DNA of 64,000 nucleotides from Sphingobium sp. (GCA_017744605.1 JAGIAZ010000002.1:95373-159372); one strand, 5' to 3'; positions 29,613-40,199 are shown, numbered from the stretch's first letter. Notes: generated by a model from the sequence alone, not told the origin. Translations and numbers: made by a program.

Positions 29613-29649
29613 AAAAAGAAGGGGCGCGAGCATCGCTGCCCGCGCCCCT
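29613..29649 (-). terminator. Intrinsic terminator of the TonB-dependent receptor gene
   Basis: Minus strand AGGGGCGCGGGCA-GCGA-TGCTCGCGCCCCT followed by TCTTTTT. Confidence 0.75.
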
Positions 29650-29671
29650 CGATATTTCGTAGCGCCGTCGC

Positions 29672-32329
29672 TTACATCTGCAGGTGCAGCGAGAGCGTCA
29701 TCGCGCGGGGCGAACCGATCTGCACGAAGCCCGGATTGCCGTAGCCCGTGACCGCACCGGTTGTTTTGTTGCGGTTGATCGTCTGGGTCAGGCCGCCGCC
29801 GAAGCCGCCGACGTAGAATTTGTCGAAGACGTTCGAGACGTTGAACTGAACATAGCTCTTGTTCAGGTTGCTATCCAGAATGGCCAGCGACGCGCGAACG
29901 TCGAGGTTGAACAGCGTGTAGCCGGGAGCCACGGCGCCGTAGATCATCGTGTCCGAGCCGTCGGTGTTGCGACGGAAGGTCGGCAGGTTGTTGTCGTAGA
30001 CGTAGCGCTTGCCGGTGCGCTTGCCCTCAAAGCCGAAGCTGACATGGTCGAGATTGACCTGGGCGCGGCCACCGACCTGGAACACCGGAGCGCCCGATTC
30101 GCGCTTGCCGGCCGTCGGCGTGTAGATGATCGCGCCGCCGGACGTTTCGAACTGCGGGATGTCATCCTTGATCTTCGACTTCATGTAGGAGCCGAAGGTG
30201 TAAAAGGTCAGCTGCTTGATCGGCTGCCAGGACAGGCTGCCGTCGATGCCCCACTTATCGACCTGACCGAGGTTGCGGTAGATCGTCTGATCGAGATCGG
30301 GATCATAAGCCGAAGCCAGGCGGTTCAGATACTTGGTGTACCAGACCGTGCCCTGGAATTGCAGGGTGCGGGTCGTGTAGCGGCCGCCCAGCTCGAAGCT
30401 GTCCGTCGTTTCGGGAGCCGGCTTGGAGCCAGCCGAGCCAAACGGGAAGAAGAAGCTGTTGTAGAGCGAGTCTGTGCTCGGGACCTGCAGGCCCTTGGCA
30501 TAGTTGAAGTAGACCGACGCGGCCGGCGTGAACTTGTACACAAGGCCCACGTTGGGCAGCAGTTTGTTGTACTTTAGCACGCGATTCTGCGGCGGCGCCC
30601 AAGTCGGACGCAGCGTCGCCACGTTCGCCGGGATCTGGCCATCGGTGCCGAAGCACTCGACGAAGCCGCCGGCGCTGCTGGTGAAGCAGTTGTTGGTCAG
30701 ATCGCGCGTGAAGAAGGGTGCACGAAGACCCAGCGTCACGGTGAGCCCGCCGAACTTGCCGCGATATTCGCCCGCGACCTGATTGAGGATCGCAAGCGAG
30801 AGGCGGTCGCGCTTCTGCAGGATGGCCGTTGCGCCGTTGAGGCTCCGCGAGCTCTGCGGATTGTTGACCGGGAAGACATCCTGGGCGAGGCCGTTCGGCA
30901 TCAGGAACCCGACCTGGCCGGTCTGGCGGTGATGGCCATAGTCCAGCGTATAGGCGATACGGACCGTGTGGTTGTCATTGATGTCGTAACGCAGCGAGCT
31001 GATCACGCCATAACGATCGGTCTGGGTCTGGCTGGGGGCGAGCACCGTGAACTGGTCGAGGATGTCGCCGTCGCCATTGAGGTCGCGGCCGAAATAAGGC
31101 GCCCCGCCAAAATAGCCCGCCTGGCAATTCAGGCCAACACCCGTGAGGACCTTGGTGCACTGATCGGCGACCGGAACTCCGGGCGTGCTGGCGGGATCGA
31201 GATCATAATATCCCTCGCGAGCGGGCGAAGTAACGGAGGTCGTGCCGCCACCGTTCGCCTTCACATATTGATAGCTGGGATCGACGGTCAGCACGAGCTT
31301 ATCGGTCAGGTGGAAGCGGGAACTGATACGCAGGTTGCCGGTGTTCGACGGATTGTAGCGGAAGTCGTAGAGCGTGCCGCAGGTGGTGCGCGGATCGGCG
31401 AAACCCGGAGTAACCGTCACGTCGAGCGTGGTGCAACCCGCCACGGAATAGGAGCGCTCGCTTGAATTGGTCGGGAAGCGCTGCGTGGTGTCCGGACCCA
31501 CCGTCCGGATGGAGCCGTCGAAATTGGTCTTGTCGAAGCGCAGCGGCAGCGAGCCGAAGAAGTTGTTGCGGCTCTGGCTATAGTGCGCAGCGACCGAGAT
31601 GAAGTCGCCATTGCTGCCCAACTCCTGGTAGACGCGGCCGTTGACCTGCAGCTTATCGATCTTGCCGAGGTCGTTGTACACGTTGCGGTTGCCGGTCTTG
31701 CTGGCCGCGAAGAAGGCCTTGGTGCCCCAAGGACCGAACTCGCCCGTGTCGACCGAGCCGAACATGCGGTAGAATTTGTAATCGCCGCCGGCGACGACGG
31801 CGGTCAGGCCGAATTTGTCATAGGGCAGGCGGGTGCGATAATTCACCGTACCGCCCGAAGCCGCGGCGGTCGGGCTGTCGACGTCGGTCGAGCCGAGGTT
31901 GACGTTGACCTGCTCGATCAGCTCGGAGTCGAGCTGCTGGCTCGAATAGACCGCATAGTTGCCGGTGTCGTTCAGGGGAACGCCGTCGAAGGTCAGCGAG
32001 ACGCGGTCCGAGCCGAAGCCGCGAACGGTCAGCGTGCCGCCGGCGTTGCCGAACGGGTCGTTGTTCTGGAAGCTGACGCCTGGAATGATGTTGATCGAAT
32101 CGAGGACCGTATTACCGACCGTGCCGCGCGAGAGAATTTCCTGGGTCAGCACGCCCTTGGCCTTGCTGGTGTCGGGAAGCTGGACGCCTTCAATGCCCTG
32201 AACGCGCGCGCCGGTGATGATGATCGGCTCGTCAAAGTCGATCGTGCCCGAAGACTGGGCGTAGGCTGCGGTGGCGATGAACGGCGACACAGCAACGGTC
32301 GCCGCGAGAAGTATGCGAAACTTGTTCAT
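29672..32329 (-). CDS. TonB-dependent outer membrane receptor
   Basis: Signal peptide, EPIIITGAR TonB box, plug IPGV..VRGF..DGVPLND, PETTDSFELG, NVFDKFY, PRAM. Confidence 0.93.
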   Translation of the reverse strand: MNKFRILLAATVAVSPFIATAAYAQSSGTIDFDEPIIITGARVQGIEGVQLPDTSKAKGVLTQEILSRGTVGNTVLDSINIIPGVSFQNNDPFGNAGGTLTVRGFGSDRVSLTFDGVPLNDTGNYAVYSSQQLDSELIEQVNVNLGSTDVDSPTAAASGGTVNYRTRLPYDKFGLTAVVAGGDYKFYRMFGSVDTGEFGPWGTKAFFAASKTGNRNVYNDLGKIDKLQVNGRVYQELGSNGDFISVAAHYSQSRNNFFGSLPLRFDKTNFDGSIRTVGPDTTQRFPTNSSERSYSVAGCTTLDVTVTPGFADPRTTCGTLYDFRYNPSNTGNLRISSRFHLTDKLVLTVDPSYQYVKANGGGTTSVTSPAREGYYDLDPASTPGVPVADQCTKVLTGVGLNCQAGYFGGAPYFGRDLNGDGDILDQFTVLAPSQTQTDRYGVISSLRYDINDNHTVRIAYTLDYGHHRQTGQVGFLMPNGLAQDVFPVNNPQSSRSLNGATAILQKRDRLSLAILNQVAGEYRGKFGGLTVTLGLRAPFFTRDLTNNCFTSSAGGFVECFGTDGQIPANVATLRPTWAPPQNRVLKYNKLLPNVGLVYKFTPAASVYFNYAKGLQVPSTDSLYNSFFFPFGSAGSKPAPETTDSFELGGRYTTRTLQFQGTVWYTKYLNRLASAYDPDLDQTIYRNLGQVDKWGIDGSLSWQPIKQLTFYTFGSYMKSKIKDDIPQFETSGGAIIYTPTAGKRESGAPVFQVGGRAQVNLDHVSFGFEGKRTGKRYVYDNNLPTFRRNTDGSDTMIYGAVAPGYTLFNLDVRASLAILDSNLNKSYVQFNVSNVFDKFYVGGFGGGLTQTINRNKTTGAVTGYGNPGFVQIGSPRAMTLSLHLQM

Positions 32330-32759
32330 GTATTGCCCCTTGGTCAAAGGATCTGATCGAATTCGCGGGCGAAATCCGCTGTCTTGCCGCGGCTAACCAG
32401 CCGCCCTGTCTGCAGGACACGCAGCCCCCTCGCTCGCTCCTGCGCGGCCACTGGGGCTGGCAGATTGCGGAATTATGACGATGTCCGTCTTCCGCCTGTC
32501 GCCGTGCCCGAGATGCCGCGCCGCCCGGCCTTTTCAGACCGATCCATTTTCGCGCCTTAGCAGTCTTATTGGCCTTGGCCCGCCGTTTTTCGGCAGTGCG
32601 CAAAGGTTTATATCGCGCTGCGGCAAAGATGCAACGCCGGGGCAAAATCCGGACATGCACGGTGCTTGCGGGCCATGTCGCGCCATGATGCGGAGGAAAC
32701 ATGCCAGAGTCCCAGCGACTCGGCGCGCATGATTTGCAATCCGTGACAGTCGGCCGTGT

Positions 32760-34175
32760 TCAGATGTGCAGCGCTCGCCCATAAGCAGCGAGCACGCTCT
32801 CGTGCATCATCTCGCTGAGCGTGGGGTGCGGGAAGACGGTGTTCATGAAATCCGTCTCGACCAGTTCGGCCTGCTTGCCGACCGTATAGCCCTGGATGAG
32901 CTCGGTCACTTCCGCGCCGACCATGTGCGCCCCCAGCAGTTCGCCGGTCTTGGCGTCGAACACGGTCTTCACGAAGCCCTCCGCCTCGCCGAGCGCGATC
33001 GCCTTGCCATTGCCGATGAACGGGAAGGTGCCGGCCTTCACCGTATAGCCCGCTTCCTTGGCCTTGGCTTCGGTGAGGCCCACGCTGGCCACCTGAGGGT
33101 GGCAATAGGTGCAGCCCGGGATGTTGCGCGGGTCCATGGCGTGCGGGTGCACGTCCTTGTTGCCGAGCGCCTGGGCAATGGCCTCCGCGGCCGTCACACC
33201 CTCGTGGCTCGCCTTGTGCGCGAGCCACGGCGGCGCCGTCACGTCGCCAATGGCCCAGATGCCGGGGACGTTGGTGGCGCACAGGCCGTTGGTCTTGATG
33301 TGGCCGCGATCCGTCTCGACGCCGAGCTTCTCGAGACCGATGTCGCTCGTGTTCGGCACGATGCCGATGGCGACGATGCAGTGGCTATAGTCGCCGGGGA
33401 CAGTCTTGCCGTCCTTGGCGACGATCTTGGCGGTCACGCCGGTCGGCGTGGCCTTGAGCTCCTCCAGCTTGGCGCCGGTGAGGATGGTCATGCCCTGCTT
33501 GACGAGCTGCTTCTCGAGGAAGGCGGACACATCGGCATCCTCGACGGGGACGATGCGGTCCATCATCTCGACGACCGTCACCTCCGCGCCCATGTCGCGA
33601 TAGAAGCTGGCGAACTCGATGCCGATGGCGCCCGATCCGATGACGAGCAGCTTGGTCGGCATCTCGCCTGGCGTCATGGCGTGGCGATAAGTCCAGATGC
33701 GCTTGCCGTCGGCGGGCGCATTGGGGAGGTCGCGGGCGCGGGCACCCGTGGCGACAATGATATGCTTGGCGATGAGCTCGGCTGTCTTGCCATCCTTGTC
33801 GGTCACGCTGAGCTTCCCCGGCGCGGTGATCGTACCGGTGCCCATGTGCACGGCGATCTTGTTCTTCTTCATGAGATGCGTGACGCCGGCATTGAGCTGC
33901 TTGGCGACGCCGCGCGAGCGCTGCACGACGGCGTTCAGGTCCGCGCTGATCTTCTCGGCGGCCAGGCCGTAATTCTTGGCGTGCTGCATATAATGGAAGA
34001 TTTCGGCCGAGCGCAGCAGCGCCTTGGTCGGGATGCAGCCCCAGTTGAGGCAGATGCCGCCGAGCAACTCGCGCTCGACGATGGCGGTCTTGAGGCCAAG
34101 CTGTGCCGCGCGAATCGCGGCGACATAGCCGCCGGGGCCGGAACCGAGAACGATGAGATCATAGGATTCGGACAC
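32760..34175 (-). CDS. lpdA: Dihydrolipoamide dehydrogenase
   Basis: GSGPGGYVAA, GGICLNWGCIPTK, HPTLSE. Confidence 0.97.
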   Translation of the reverse strand: MSESYDLIVLGSGPGGYVAAIRAAQLGLKTAIVERELLGGICLNWGCIPTKALLRSAEIFHYMQHAKNYGLAAEKISADLNAVVQRSRGVAKQLNAGVTHLMKKNKIAVHMGTGTITAPGKLSVTDKDGKTAELIAKHIIVATGARARDLPNAPADGKRIWTYRHAMTPGEMPTKLLVIGSGAIGIEFASFYRDMGAEVTVVEMMDRIVPVEDADVSAFLEKQLVKQGMTILTGAKLEELKATPTGVTAKIVAKDGKTVPGDYSHCIVAIGIVPNTSDIGLEKLGVETDRGHIKTNGLCATNVPGIWAIGDVTAPPWLAHKASHEGVTAAEAIAQALGNKDVHPHAMDPRNIPGCTYCHPQVASVGLTEAKAKEAGYTVKAGTFPFIGNGKAIALGEAEGFVKTVFDAKTGELLGAHMVGAEVTELIQGYTVGKQAELVETDFMNTVFPHPTLSEMMHESVLAAYGRALHI

Positions 34176-34198
34176 GGTAGGGCTCCTGGTTCTCTGAT

Positions 34199-34615
34199 TT
34201 AGGATGGATCGGCGGGCACTGTCGCCGGCGGGACGGCGCGCGGGCGCCCGCTCTCATCGACGGCAACGAAGGTGAAATGGGCTTCGGTAACCTTGACCAC
34301 CGCGTCCTGGTGGCGGGCGCGGCGCCAGGCTTCGATGGCGATGGTCATGCTGGTGCGGCCGACGCGGATGATCTCGCCATAGACCGAGACTTCGTCGCCG
34401 ATCTTGACCGGCTCGAGAAACTGCATGCCATCCATGGCCACGGTCACGGCGCGACCCAATGCACGCCGCGCGGCGACCAGGCCGGCGGCATTGTCCATCA
34501 GGCTCAGCAGCCAACCGCCGAAAATATCGCCATAAGCATTGGAGTCCGCCGGCATGGCGACCACGCGCACGGCGGGGCAGCGGGTGGGGGGTGTTGCGGT
34601 GGAGGCGTCAGCCAT
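34199..34615 (-). CDS. Acyl-CoA thioesterase (YciA-like hotdog fold)
   Basis: MPADSNAYGDIFGGWLLSLMD, VGRTSM, FTFVAVD. Confidence 0.9.
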   Translation of the reverse strand: MADASTATPPTRCPAVRVVAMPADSNAYGDIFGGWLLSLMDNAAGLVAARRALGRAVTVAMDGMQFLEPVKIGDEVSVYGEIIRVGRTSMTIAIEAWRRARHQDAVVKVTEAHFTFVAVDESGRPRAVPPATVPADPS

Positions 34616-35198
34616 GGGCGGCTCCCGACCTCTCCGCGGAGCCGTGAGTCAGGTCGACTTGAAATCTCTTCATGAGAAGCGCGCTTAGATTATCCTGCCA
34701 TTCGATTTTGTGGGCATCGCTGAGGGAGTAGCGCTCGATTTCAAGATAATCTGGAAGGTCGCACGGCGGAACGTGCAGAACAATCCGGTATTGCTCACCA
34801 TGGCGATTTATGACCGCATTTGTGTCGGCGATTCCCGCACCTAGTTCGATGTCGACCGTGACAATAACCGTTGGGCCCTCGGTCTCCCAACGGGCTTCAA
34901 GCTTTGCAATTTCGTAGCTTTCGGTGCCGTCCCTGGCAGGCGCCCCTGAGCAAAAATCGACTTGGCCCAACAGCCCCGGCGCTTCCGCAAAATAACGTCT
35001 TGGGTTTCCCTTGAGAGCGCCCAGTGTTCCGCCACCACGGATCGTATCGGGCAATTGAAAATTAAAGTGCGGACCTTCGGACGTTAGCCCGGTGCCGAAC
35101 TCCTCCAAACGCCACACGTGTTTGCAGCCCCAAAGGCTATGCACCGCGGCGCGATTGTATGGGACGAACCCGTTGCTCTCGACCCGGACTGCGATCAC
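34608..35198 (-). CDS. Hypothetical protein with lower GC, inside the pdhC-lpdA operon
   Basis: 196-aa ORF overlapping both neighbours; two sampled 60-nt lines were each 31/60 GC. Confidence 0.5.
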   Translation of the reverse strand: MIAVRVESNGFVPYNRAAVHSLWGCKHVWRLEEFGTGLTSEGPHFNFQLPDTIRGGGTLGALKGNPRRYFAEAPGLLGQVDFCSGAPARDGTESYEIAKLEARWETEGPTVIVTVDIELGAGIADTNAVINRHGEQYRIVLHVPPCDLPDYLEIERYSLSDAHKIEWQDNLSALLMKRFQVDLTHGSAERSGAAHG

Positions 35199-36487
35199 GC
35201 CAGGAGCGCCAGCGGAGCCTCCACCAGCTCCTTGAAGACCTTCATCAGCTCGGCGCCGTCCGCGCCGTCGATGGCGCGGTGGTCGAAGCTGCCGGTCGCC
35301 GACATGACGGTGGCGATGGCGAGCGCGCCGTCGACCACATAGGGCCGCTGCTCACCGGCGCCGATCGCCATGATCATGGCCTGGGGCGGATTGATGACCG
35401 CCTCGAACTGCTTGATGCCCATCATGCCCATGTTGCTGAGCGAGGCCGTGCCGCCGGTGAATTCTTCCGGCTTGAGCTTGCCGTCCTTGGCGCGGGCGGC
35501 GAGGTCCTTCATCGCGGTCGAGATGGCGCTGATCGACTTGGTGCCGGCGTCGGCGATGATCGGGGTGATGAGGCCGGCGGGAATCGAGACCGCAACCGAG
35601 ATGTCCGCGCGGCTGAACTTGAGCAGCGTATCGCCCGCGAACTGCACGTTGCACTTGGGGCAGGCGAGCAGCGCCTTGGCCAGCGCCTTGATCAGCAGGT
35701 CATTGACCGAGAGCTTCACGCCCTGCGGTTCGAGCGCCTTGTTGAGCTCGCCGCGCAACTTGAGCAGCGCGTCGAGGCGGATGTCGACGGTCAGGTAGAT
35801 GTGCGGAACCGTCTGCTTCGATTCGGTCAGGCGGCGCGCAATCGTCTTGCGCATGTTCGAGAGCTTCTCGACTTCGTGCGGAATGCCGAAGTCCTGCGCG
35901 GCGACGGGCGCGTGAGCAACCGGTGCGGGCGCGGATGGCGCGGCGGCCGGTGCAGGAGCAGCCGCTGCGCCCGACTTGCCTTCGACGTCCGCCTTGACGA
36001 TACGGCCGCCGGGGCCCGTGCCTTTGACGCCGCCGAGATCGACGCCGGCTTGCGCGGCGATGCGCTTGGCGAGCGGGCTCGCCTTGACGCGGTCACCCGA
36101 GGATGTGGTTGCCGCCGGCGCCGGCGCTGCAACCGGCGCGGGCGCGGGCGCGGGCGCGGCCGGGGCAGGCGCTGCCTTGGCGGCTTCGGGTTCGGGCTTG
36201 GGGGCTGCTGCGGGCGCGGCCGGCGCGGCGGCGGGGACGGCCTCGCCTTCCTCGACCAGAACGGCGATCACCGTTCCGACCTTCACATTGTCAGTGCCTT
36301 CGGCGACGACGATCTTGCCGATCACGCCCTCGTCCACCGCCTCGAATTCCATGGTCGCCTTGTCGGTCTCGATCTCGGCCATGACGTCGCCCGACTTGAC
36401 CGTGTCGCCTTCCTTCACGAGCCATTTGGAGAGCGTTCCTTCTTCCATGGTCGGCGAGAGAGCGGGCATCTGGATGTTGATGGCCAT
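35195..36487 (-). CDS. pdhC: Pyruvate dehydrogenase E2, dihydrolipoamide acetyltransferase
   Basis: [15 protein letters not shown] lipoyl motif, [23 protein letters not shown]. Confidence 0.96.
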   Translation of the reverse strand: MAINIQMPALSPTMEEGTLSKWLVKEGDTVKSGDVMAEIETDKATMEFEAVDEGVIGKIVVAEGTDNVKVGTVIAVLVEEGEAVPAAAPAAPAAAPKPEPEAAKAAPAPAAPAPAPAPVAAPAPAATTSSGDRVKASPLAKRIAAQAGVDLGGVKGTGPGGRIVKADVEGKSGAAAAPAPAAAPSAPAPVAHAPVAAQDFGIPHEVEKLSNMRKTIARRLTESKQTVPHIYLTVDIRLDALLKLRGELNKALEPQGVKLSVNDLLIKALAKALLACPKCNVQFAGDTLLKFSRADISVAVSIPAGLITPIIADAGTKSISAISTAMKDLAARAKDGKLKPEEFTGGTASLSNMGMMGIKQFEAVINPPQAMIMAIGAGEQRPYVVDGALAIATVMSATGSFDHRAIDGADGAELMKVFKELVEAPLALLA

Positions 36488-36631
36488 GATCCGAGCGGCT
36501 TTCCTGTCTTCGAGCGAGGTGGAACCAATCGCTGTCACCTTCACTCTTTGACCTTCCGGGTCAAGGCCGTCGCTTGCATAAATGGCGAAATTCAATCACC
36601 ACGTTGCAAAGACAGAAGAGGGGGCCGCGCC

Positions 36632-37090
36632 ATGAAGCGCACCTATCTGGTCGTCGTCGACGCGAGCAAGGAAGCGGAGTCCGCGTTGCTCTTCGCCGCG
36701 CGGCGCGCATCGAAGACGAATGGCGGCGTTCATATTCTCGCGCTCGTGCCCAAGCCCGAGTTCGTCCAGTGGGGCGCCGTGCAAGCGACCATGGAAGCCG
36801 AAGCGCGCGCCCGGGCGGAAGCGCTGGTGATGGGCGCGGCGGGGACGCTCATGTCGGAGGCCGGCGTGCAACCGGCGATCACGGTCAAGACCGGCGATCC
36901 GGTGGCGGCGGTGAAGAGCGTTCTGGCGGAAGAGTCCGGCATCGCCGCGCTCGTGCTGGGTGCTGCGCCCAAGGGCGCGCCAGGGCCGTTGGTCACGCAC
37001 TTTGCCGGCCAGGACGCCGGTTCGTTGCCCTGCCCGGTCATGGTCATCCCCGGCGGCCTCGATCGCGAGACGATCGAGCGGCTGAGTTAG
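36632..37090 (+). CDS. Universal stress protein
   Basis: YLVVVDAS, GDP, LVLGA, PGPLV, CPVMVIPG. Confidence 0.88.
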   Translation: MKRTYLVVVDASKEAESALLFAARRASKTNGGVHILALVPKPEFVQWGAVQATMEAEARARAEALVMGAAGTLMSEAGVQPAITVKTGDPVAAVKSVLAEESGIAALVLGAAPKGAPGPLVTHFAGQDAGSLPCPVMVIPGGLDRETIERLS

Positions 37091-37113
37091 CGGACAGGAA
37101 AAAAGAGGAAAGA

Positions 37114-37488
37114 ATGCTTCAGAGGTTTCGGACTTTGATGCCGATCGTGCTTCTTGGCTTGGGCAGCAGCGTGCCGGTGGGCGCGCAGGAGTCCGATGGC
37201 GCCGCCGCGTTCACAACTGCGGCGAATGGCTTCACGAGCTGTCTGATCGCGACCGTGAAAATGGGCATGACGACCAAAATGGATCCGGCCAAATTCAAGG
37301 AAGGCTTTGCTGCAAGCTGCAAATCGGAAGAGGCGCGGTTCCGGGTTGAAGCCATCAAGTTCGCGATGGCCAATGGGCGCACGGAAGCGGCTGCTGCTGC
37401 CGAGGTTGACGGGAATATCGCGAATGGCCGCCGCATCTTCGCTGCCGACCAGGAAACCTATGTGACCACTGGTAAAGTCCCTCGCTGA
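37114..37488 (+). CDS. Hypothetical exported protein with a Cys pair
   Basis: GAGG RBS, signal peptide ending VGA-Q, two Cys. Confidence 0.65.
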   Translation: MLQRFRTLMPIVLLGLGSSVPVGAQESDGAAAFTTAANGFTSCLIATVKMGMTTKMDPAKFKEGFAASCKSEEARFRVEAIKFAMANGRTEAAAAAEVDGNIANGRRIFAADQETYVTTGKVPR

Positions 37489-37548
37489 CCCTGCCCGGCT
37501 CGATCGAACATATTCGTTCCGATCGAGCCGAAAGCATAGAGGAGAGGC

Positions 37549-38160
37549 TTAGCCCGGCTGGTTCGCCCGCTCGGCGCCCTTGCCGTCGAGATTCTCGGCC
37601 ACGAACGCCCAGTTGATGTGCTTCTTGAGGATCGTGTCCGCATAGCTCGGCCGCGCGTTGCGATAGTCGATATAATAAGCGTGTTCCCACACGTCGAAGA
37701 TGAAGAGCGGCGTCGCGCCATGGGCGACCGGCGTGTCGGCGTCGTGATAGCTGGTGACCTCGAGCTTGCCGTCCTTGAGATTGAGCGCGGCCCAGCCGCT
37801 GGCGAAATGGCCGACCGCCTCGGCCTTCAGCTTCTCGACCAGCGCATCGACCGAGCCGAAGCCTTCCTTGATGAGGTCGGCGAGCTTGCCGGTCGGCTCC
37901 TGCGTTTCGGGGCTCAGGCCCTGCCAGAAAAAGCTGTGATTCCAGATCTGGCCGACCTGGTTGAAGAGACCGCTCTTGGAGGCGTTGATGAGCTCGAGCA
38001 GCGACTTGCCCTGCAGGGCGGGGTCTGCGGCGACCAGTTCATTGGCCTTGGTCACATAAGCCTGGTGATGCTTGCCATGATGATAATCGAAGGTCTCGGC
38101 GGACATCGCCTCGCCGAAAGCGGTCTTCTCGTAGGGCAGCGCTGGCAGAATAAAGGCCAT
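37549..38160 (-). CDS. sodB: Superoxide dismutase [Fe]
   Basis: LPALPY, HHGKHH, QIWNH, DVWEHAYY. Confidence 0.95.
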   Translation of the reverse strand: MAFILPALPYEKTAFGEAMSAETFDYHHGKHHQAYVTKANELVAADPALQGKSLLELINASKSGLFNQVGQIWNHSFFWQGLSPETQEPTGKLADLIKEGFGSVDALVEKLKAEAVGHFASGWAALNLKDGKLEVTSYHDADTPVAHGATPLFIFDVWEHAYYIDYRNARPSYADTILKKHINWAFVAENLDGKGAERANQPG

Positions 38161-38402
38161 GGGGGCTTCTCCATTTGATGGTGCGCCGGCAGCAAATGTC
38201 TCTGGCGGCGGCGGATCGTGCGTCCGCGGGGCAAGTTGTCCTCGTCCCTTGGTCCAGAACGCACGGGGCCACAAACAAGTTCTCGCGTTCAGGCCCCAAG
38301 CAAATTTCAATGTGACAGGGGCTTGCGATTTTCCTAGAGTTCCCGGTCTTGGGGGCAAAGATGGGCGATTGATCCACGGTCCCCGCGTGAGGGGAGCGTG
38401 TG

Positions 38403-38978
38403 ATGGCAAAGTTCTTCGGTAATATTCATCTCGTCCTGCTGGTCGGGCTGCTGCTGGCGATCGCGGTTATTTATGGCGTCGGGCCCAATGCCGACGCCCT
38501 CCAGGCGGCTTTGCGCTGGCTGCATCTCTTCTTCGGCATCACCTGGATCGGCCTGCTCTATTATTTCAATTTCGTGCAGATCCCGACGATGCCCAGCATC
38601 CCGGCCGAGTTGAAGCCCGGCGTTTCCAAGCATATCGCGCCGGCTGCGCTGTTCTACTTCCGCTGGGCGGCGCTTTTCACCGTGCTGACCGGTGCGGCGG
38701 TGGCGCTGACCACGGGCGGCTGGCCGGGCTATCTCGTCGCGGCGCTGAAGCTCGATTCCGCCTATCGCCTGATCGGCATCGGCATGTGGCTGGCACTGAT
38801 CATGGCCGCCAATGTCTGGTTCGTGATCTGGCCCAACCAGAAGAAGGCGCTTGGCCTCGTGCCGGCCGAAGATGCCGCCAAAGCCAGGGCAGCCACCGTC
38901 GCGATGATGGCCTCGCGCACCAACACGCTGCTGTCGCTCGCGATGCTCTATTGCATGGTGAACTTCAACGGCGGCTGA
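38403..38978 (+). CDS. Urate_ox_N / PuuD-family membrane protein
   Basis: LRWLHLFFGITWIGLLYYFNFVQ, FRWAA, NVWFVIWPNQK, SRTNT. Confidence 0.8.
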   Translation: MAKFFGNIHLVLLVGLLLAIAVIYGVGPNADALQAALRWLHLFFGITWIGLLYYFNFVQIPTMPSIPAELKPGVSKHIAPAALFYFRWAALFTVLTGAAVALTTGGWPGYLVAALKLDSAYRLIGIGMWLALIMAANVWFVIWPNQKKALGLVPAEDAAKARAATVAMMASRTNTLLSLAMLYCMVNFNGG

Positions 38979-39005
38979 TCGCGTGGCGCCGGCTGGCCGT
39001 CATGG

Positions 39006-40082
39006 TCAGCCGGTCGCCTGCAGCAGTCCGTGCTTCTTGAGGCAGTGGCGCAGCTGGTCATAGCTGAGGCCCAGCGCCTTGGCGGTGGCGCGCTGGTTGA
39101 ACCGGCACCGCTCGAGCGCCCGGTTCAGGATGGCGCGCTCATGCGCATCGACGGCGCCGCGAAAGTCGTCGATCTCGTCGAGCATCGCCGCGATCACCTC
39201 TTCGCGTAGTGCCGCGCCGTTGATGGGCGTTTCGTCGTTCGCGGCCTCGGTATGCGGCGCTGCGGTCGGTCTCGTTGCCGGCTTGTGCGTCGGCATGGGC
39301 TCGGGCTTCCAGGGCGAGGCGAAGGGATCGAACTGGATCGCATCGATCGGCTGTTCGATATCGTTCCACCGATATACGGCGCGTTCGACGACGTTGCGCA
39401 GTTCGCGGACATTGCCGGGCCAGGGATAGTTGGCGAGCAGCAACATGGCTTCGCGCGAGAAGCCGGGCCAGCTCGGCCAGCGCATCTCGGTCGCCATGCG
39501 CCGGCCGAAATGCTCGACGAGCACCTCGACATCGCCCTCGCGGCTGCGCAGCGGCGGCAGCGTGATGACCTCGAAGCTGAGGCGGTCGAGGAGATCGGCG
39601 CGGAAGCGTCCGGCCTCAACGGCGTCGGGCAGATGTTCGTTGGTGGCGGCGACGATCCGGACATCGACGTTGAGCGGCCTGGAACTGCCGATTCTGGTCA
39701 CTTCGCCATACTCCACCGCGCGCAGCAGACGCTCCTGCGCCGCCATGGAAAGAGTCCCCAATTCGTCCAGAAAGAGCGTGCCGCCGTCGGCTTCCTCGAA
39801 ACGGCCGGGGCGGGCCCGCGTCGCACCGGTGAAGGCGCCCGCTTCGTGACCGAAAAGCTCGGCCTCGATCAGGGTCTCGGGGAGCGCCGCGCAATTCATG
39901 ACGATCAACGGGCCATCCCAGCGCGGGGACAGGCGATGGACGCGCTCGGCGATCAGCTCCTTGCCGGTTCCACGCTCGCCAATGACCAGCACGGGGCGTA
40001 TAAGTTCGGCGGCGCGGCCGGCCAGTTCGACCGCGTCGAGGAAGGCGATGGACTGGCCAATAAAGTGCGTCACCTTCTCCAT
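39006..40082 (-). CDS. pspF: Phage shock protein operon activator (sigma54 bEBP without sensory domain)
   Basis: GERGTGKE, GAFTGA, LFLDE, WPGNVREL, C-terminal HTH; divergent from pspA. Confidence 0.93.
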   Translation of the reverse strand: MEKVTHFIGQSIAFLDAVELAGRAAELIRPVLVIGERGTGKELIAERVHRLSPRWDGPLIVMNCAALPETLIEAELFGHEAGAFTGATRARPGRFEEADGGTLFLDELGTLSMAAQERLLRAVEYGEVTRIGSSRPLNVDVRIVAATNEHLPDAVEAGRFRADLLDRLSFEVITLPPLRSREGDVEVLVEHFGRRMATEMRWPSWPGFSREAMLLLANYPWPGNVRELRNVVERAVYRWNDIEQPIDAIQFDPFASPWKPEPMPTHKPATRPTAAPHTEAANDETPINGAALREEVIAAMLDEIDDFRGAVDAHERAILNRALERCRFNQRATAKALGLSYDQLRHCLKKHGLLQATG

Positions 40083-40119
40083 TGCCAATACTTAGTGGAA
40101 TTTCCCACTTCTCGGCAAT
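40081..40119. promoter_or_regulatory. Putative PspF upstream activating sequence
   Basis: AGTGG-aatttc-CCACT (40094-40109) nested in ATTGCC...GGCAAT, ~80 bp upstream of the sigma54 site. Confidence 0.55.
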
Positions 40120-40184
40120 GGCTAATATGTGTTTTGTCCACCTAACACAGAAACAACCCGCGTTTTTCTGCGGGTTTCTGAAAT

Positions 40185-40199
40185 TGGCACGCTCTTTGC
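40185..40199 (+). promoter_or_regulatory. Sigma54 -24/-12 promoter of the psp operon
   Basis: TGGCACGCTCTTTGC with canonical 10-nt GG-to-GC spacing. Confidence 0.9.

Noticed and set aside
36110-36240. gcgggc tandem repeats
   Set aside because: They encode the ordinary Ala/Pro linker of PDH E2
36548-36564. TTGACC-ttccg-GGTCAA as an FNR box for the usp gene
   Set aside because: Half-site spacing is 7 nt rather than 4; could be another operator or a -35 element but unsupported
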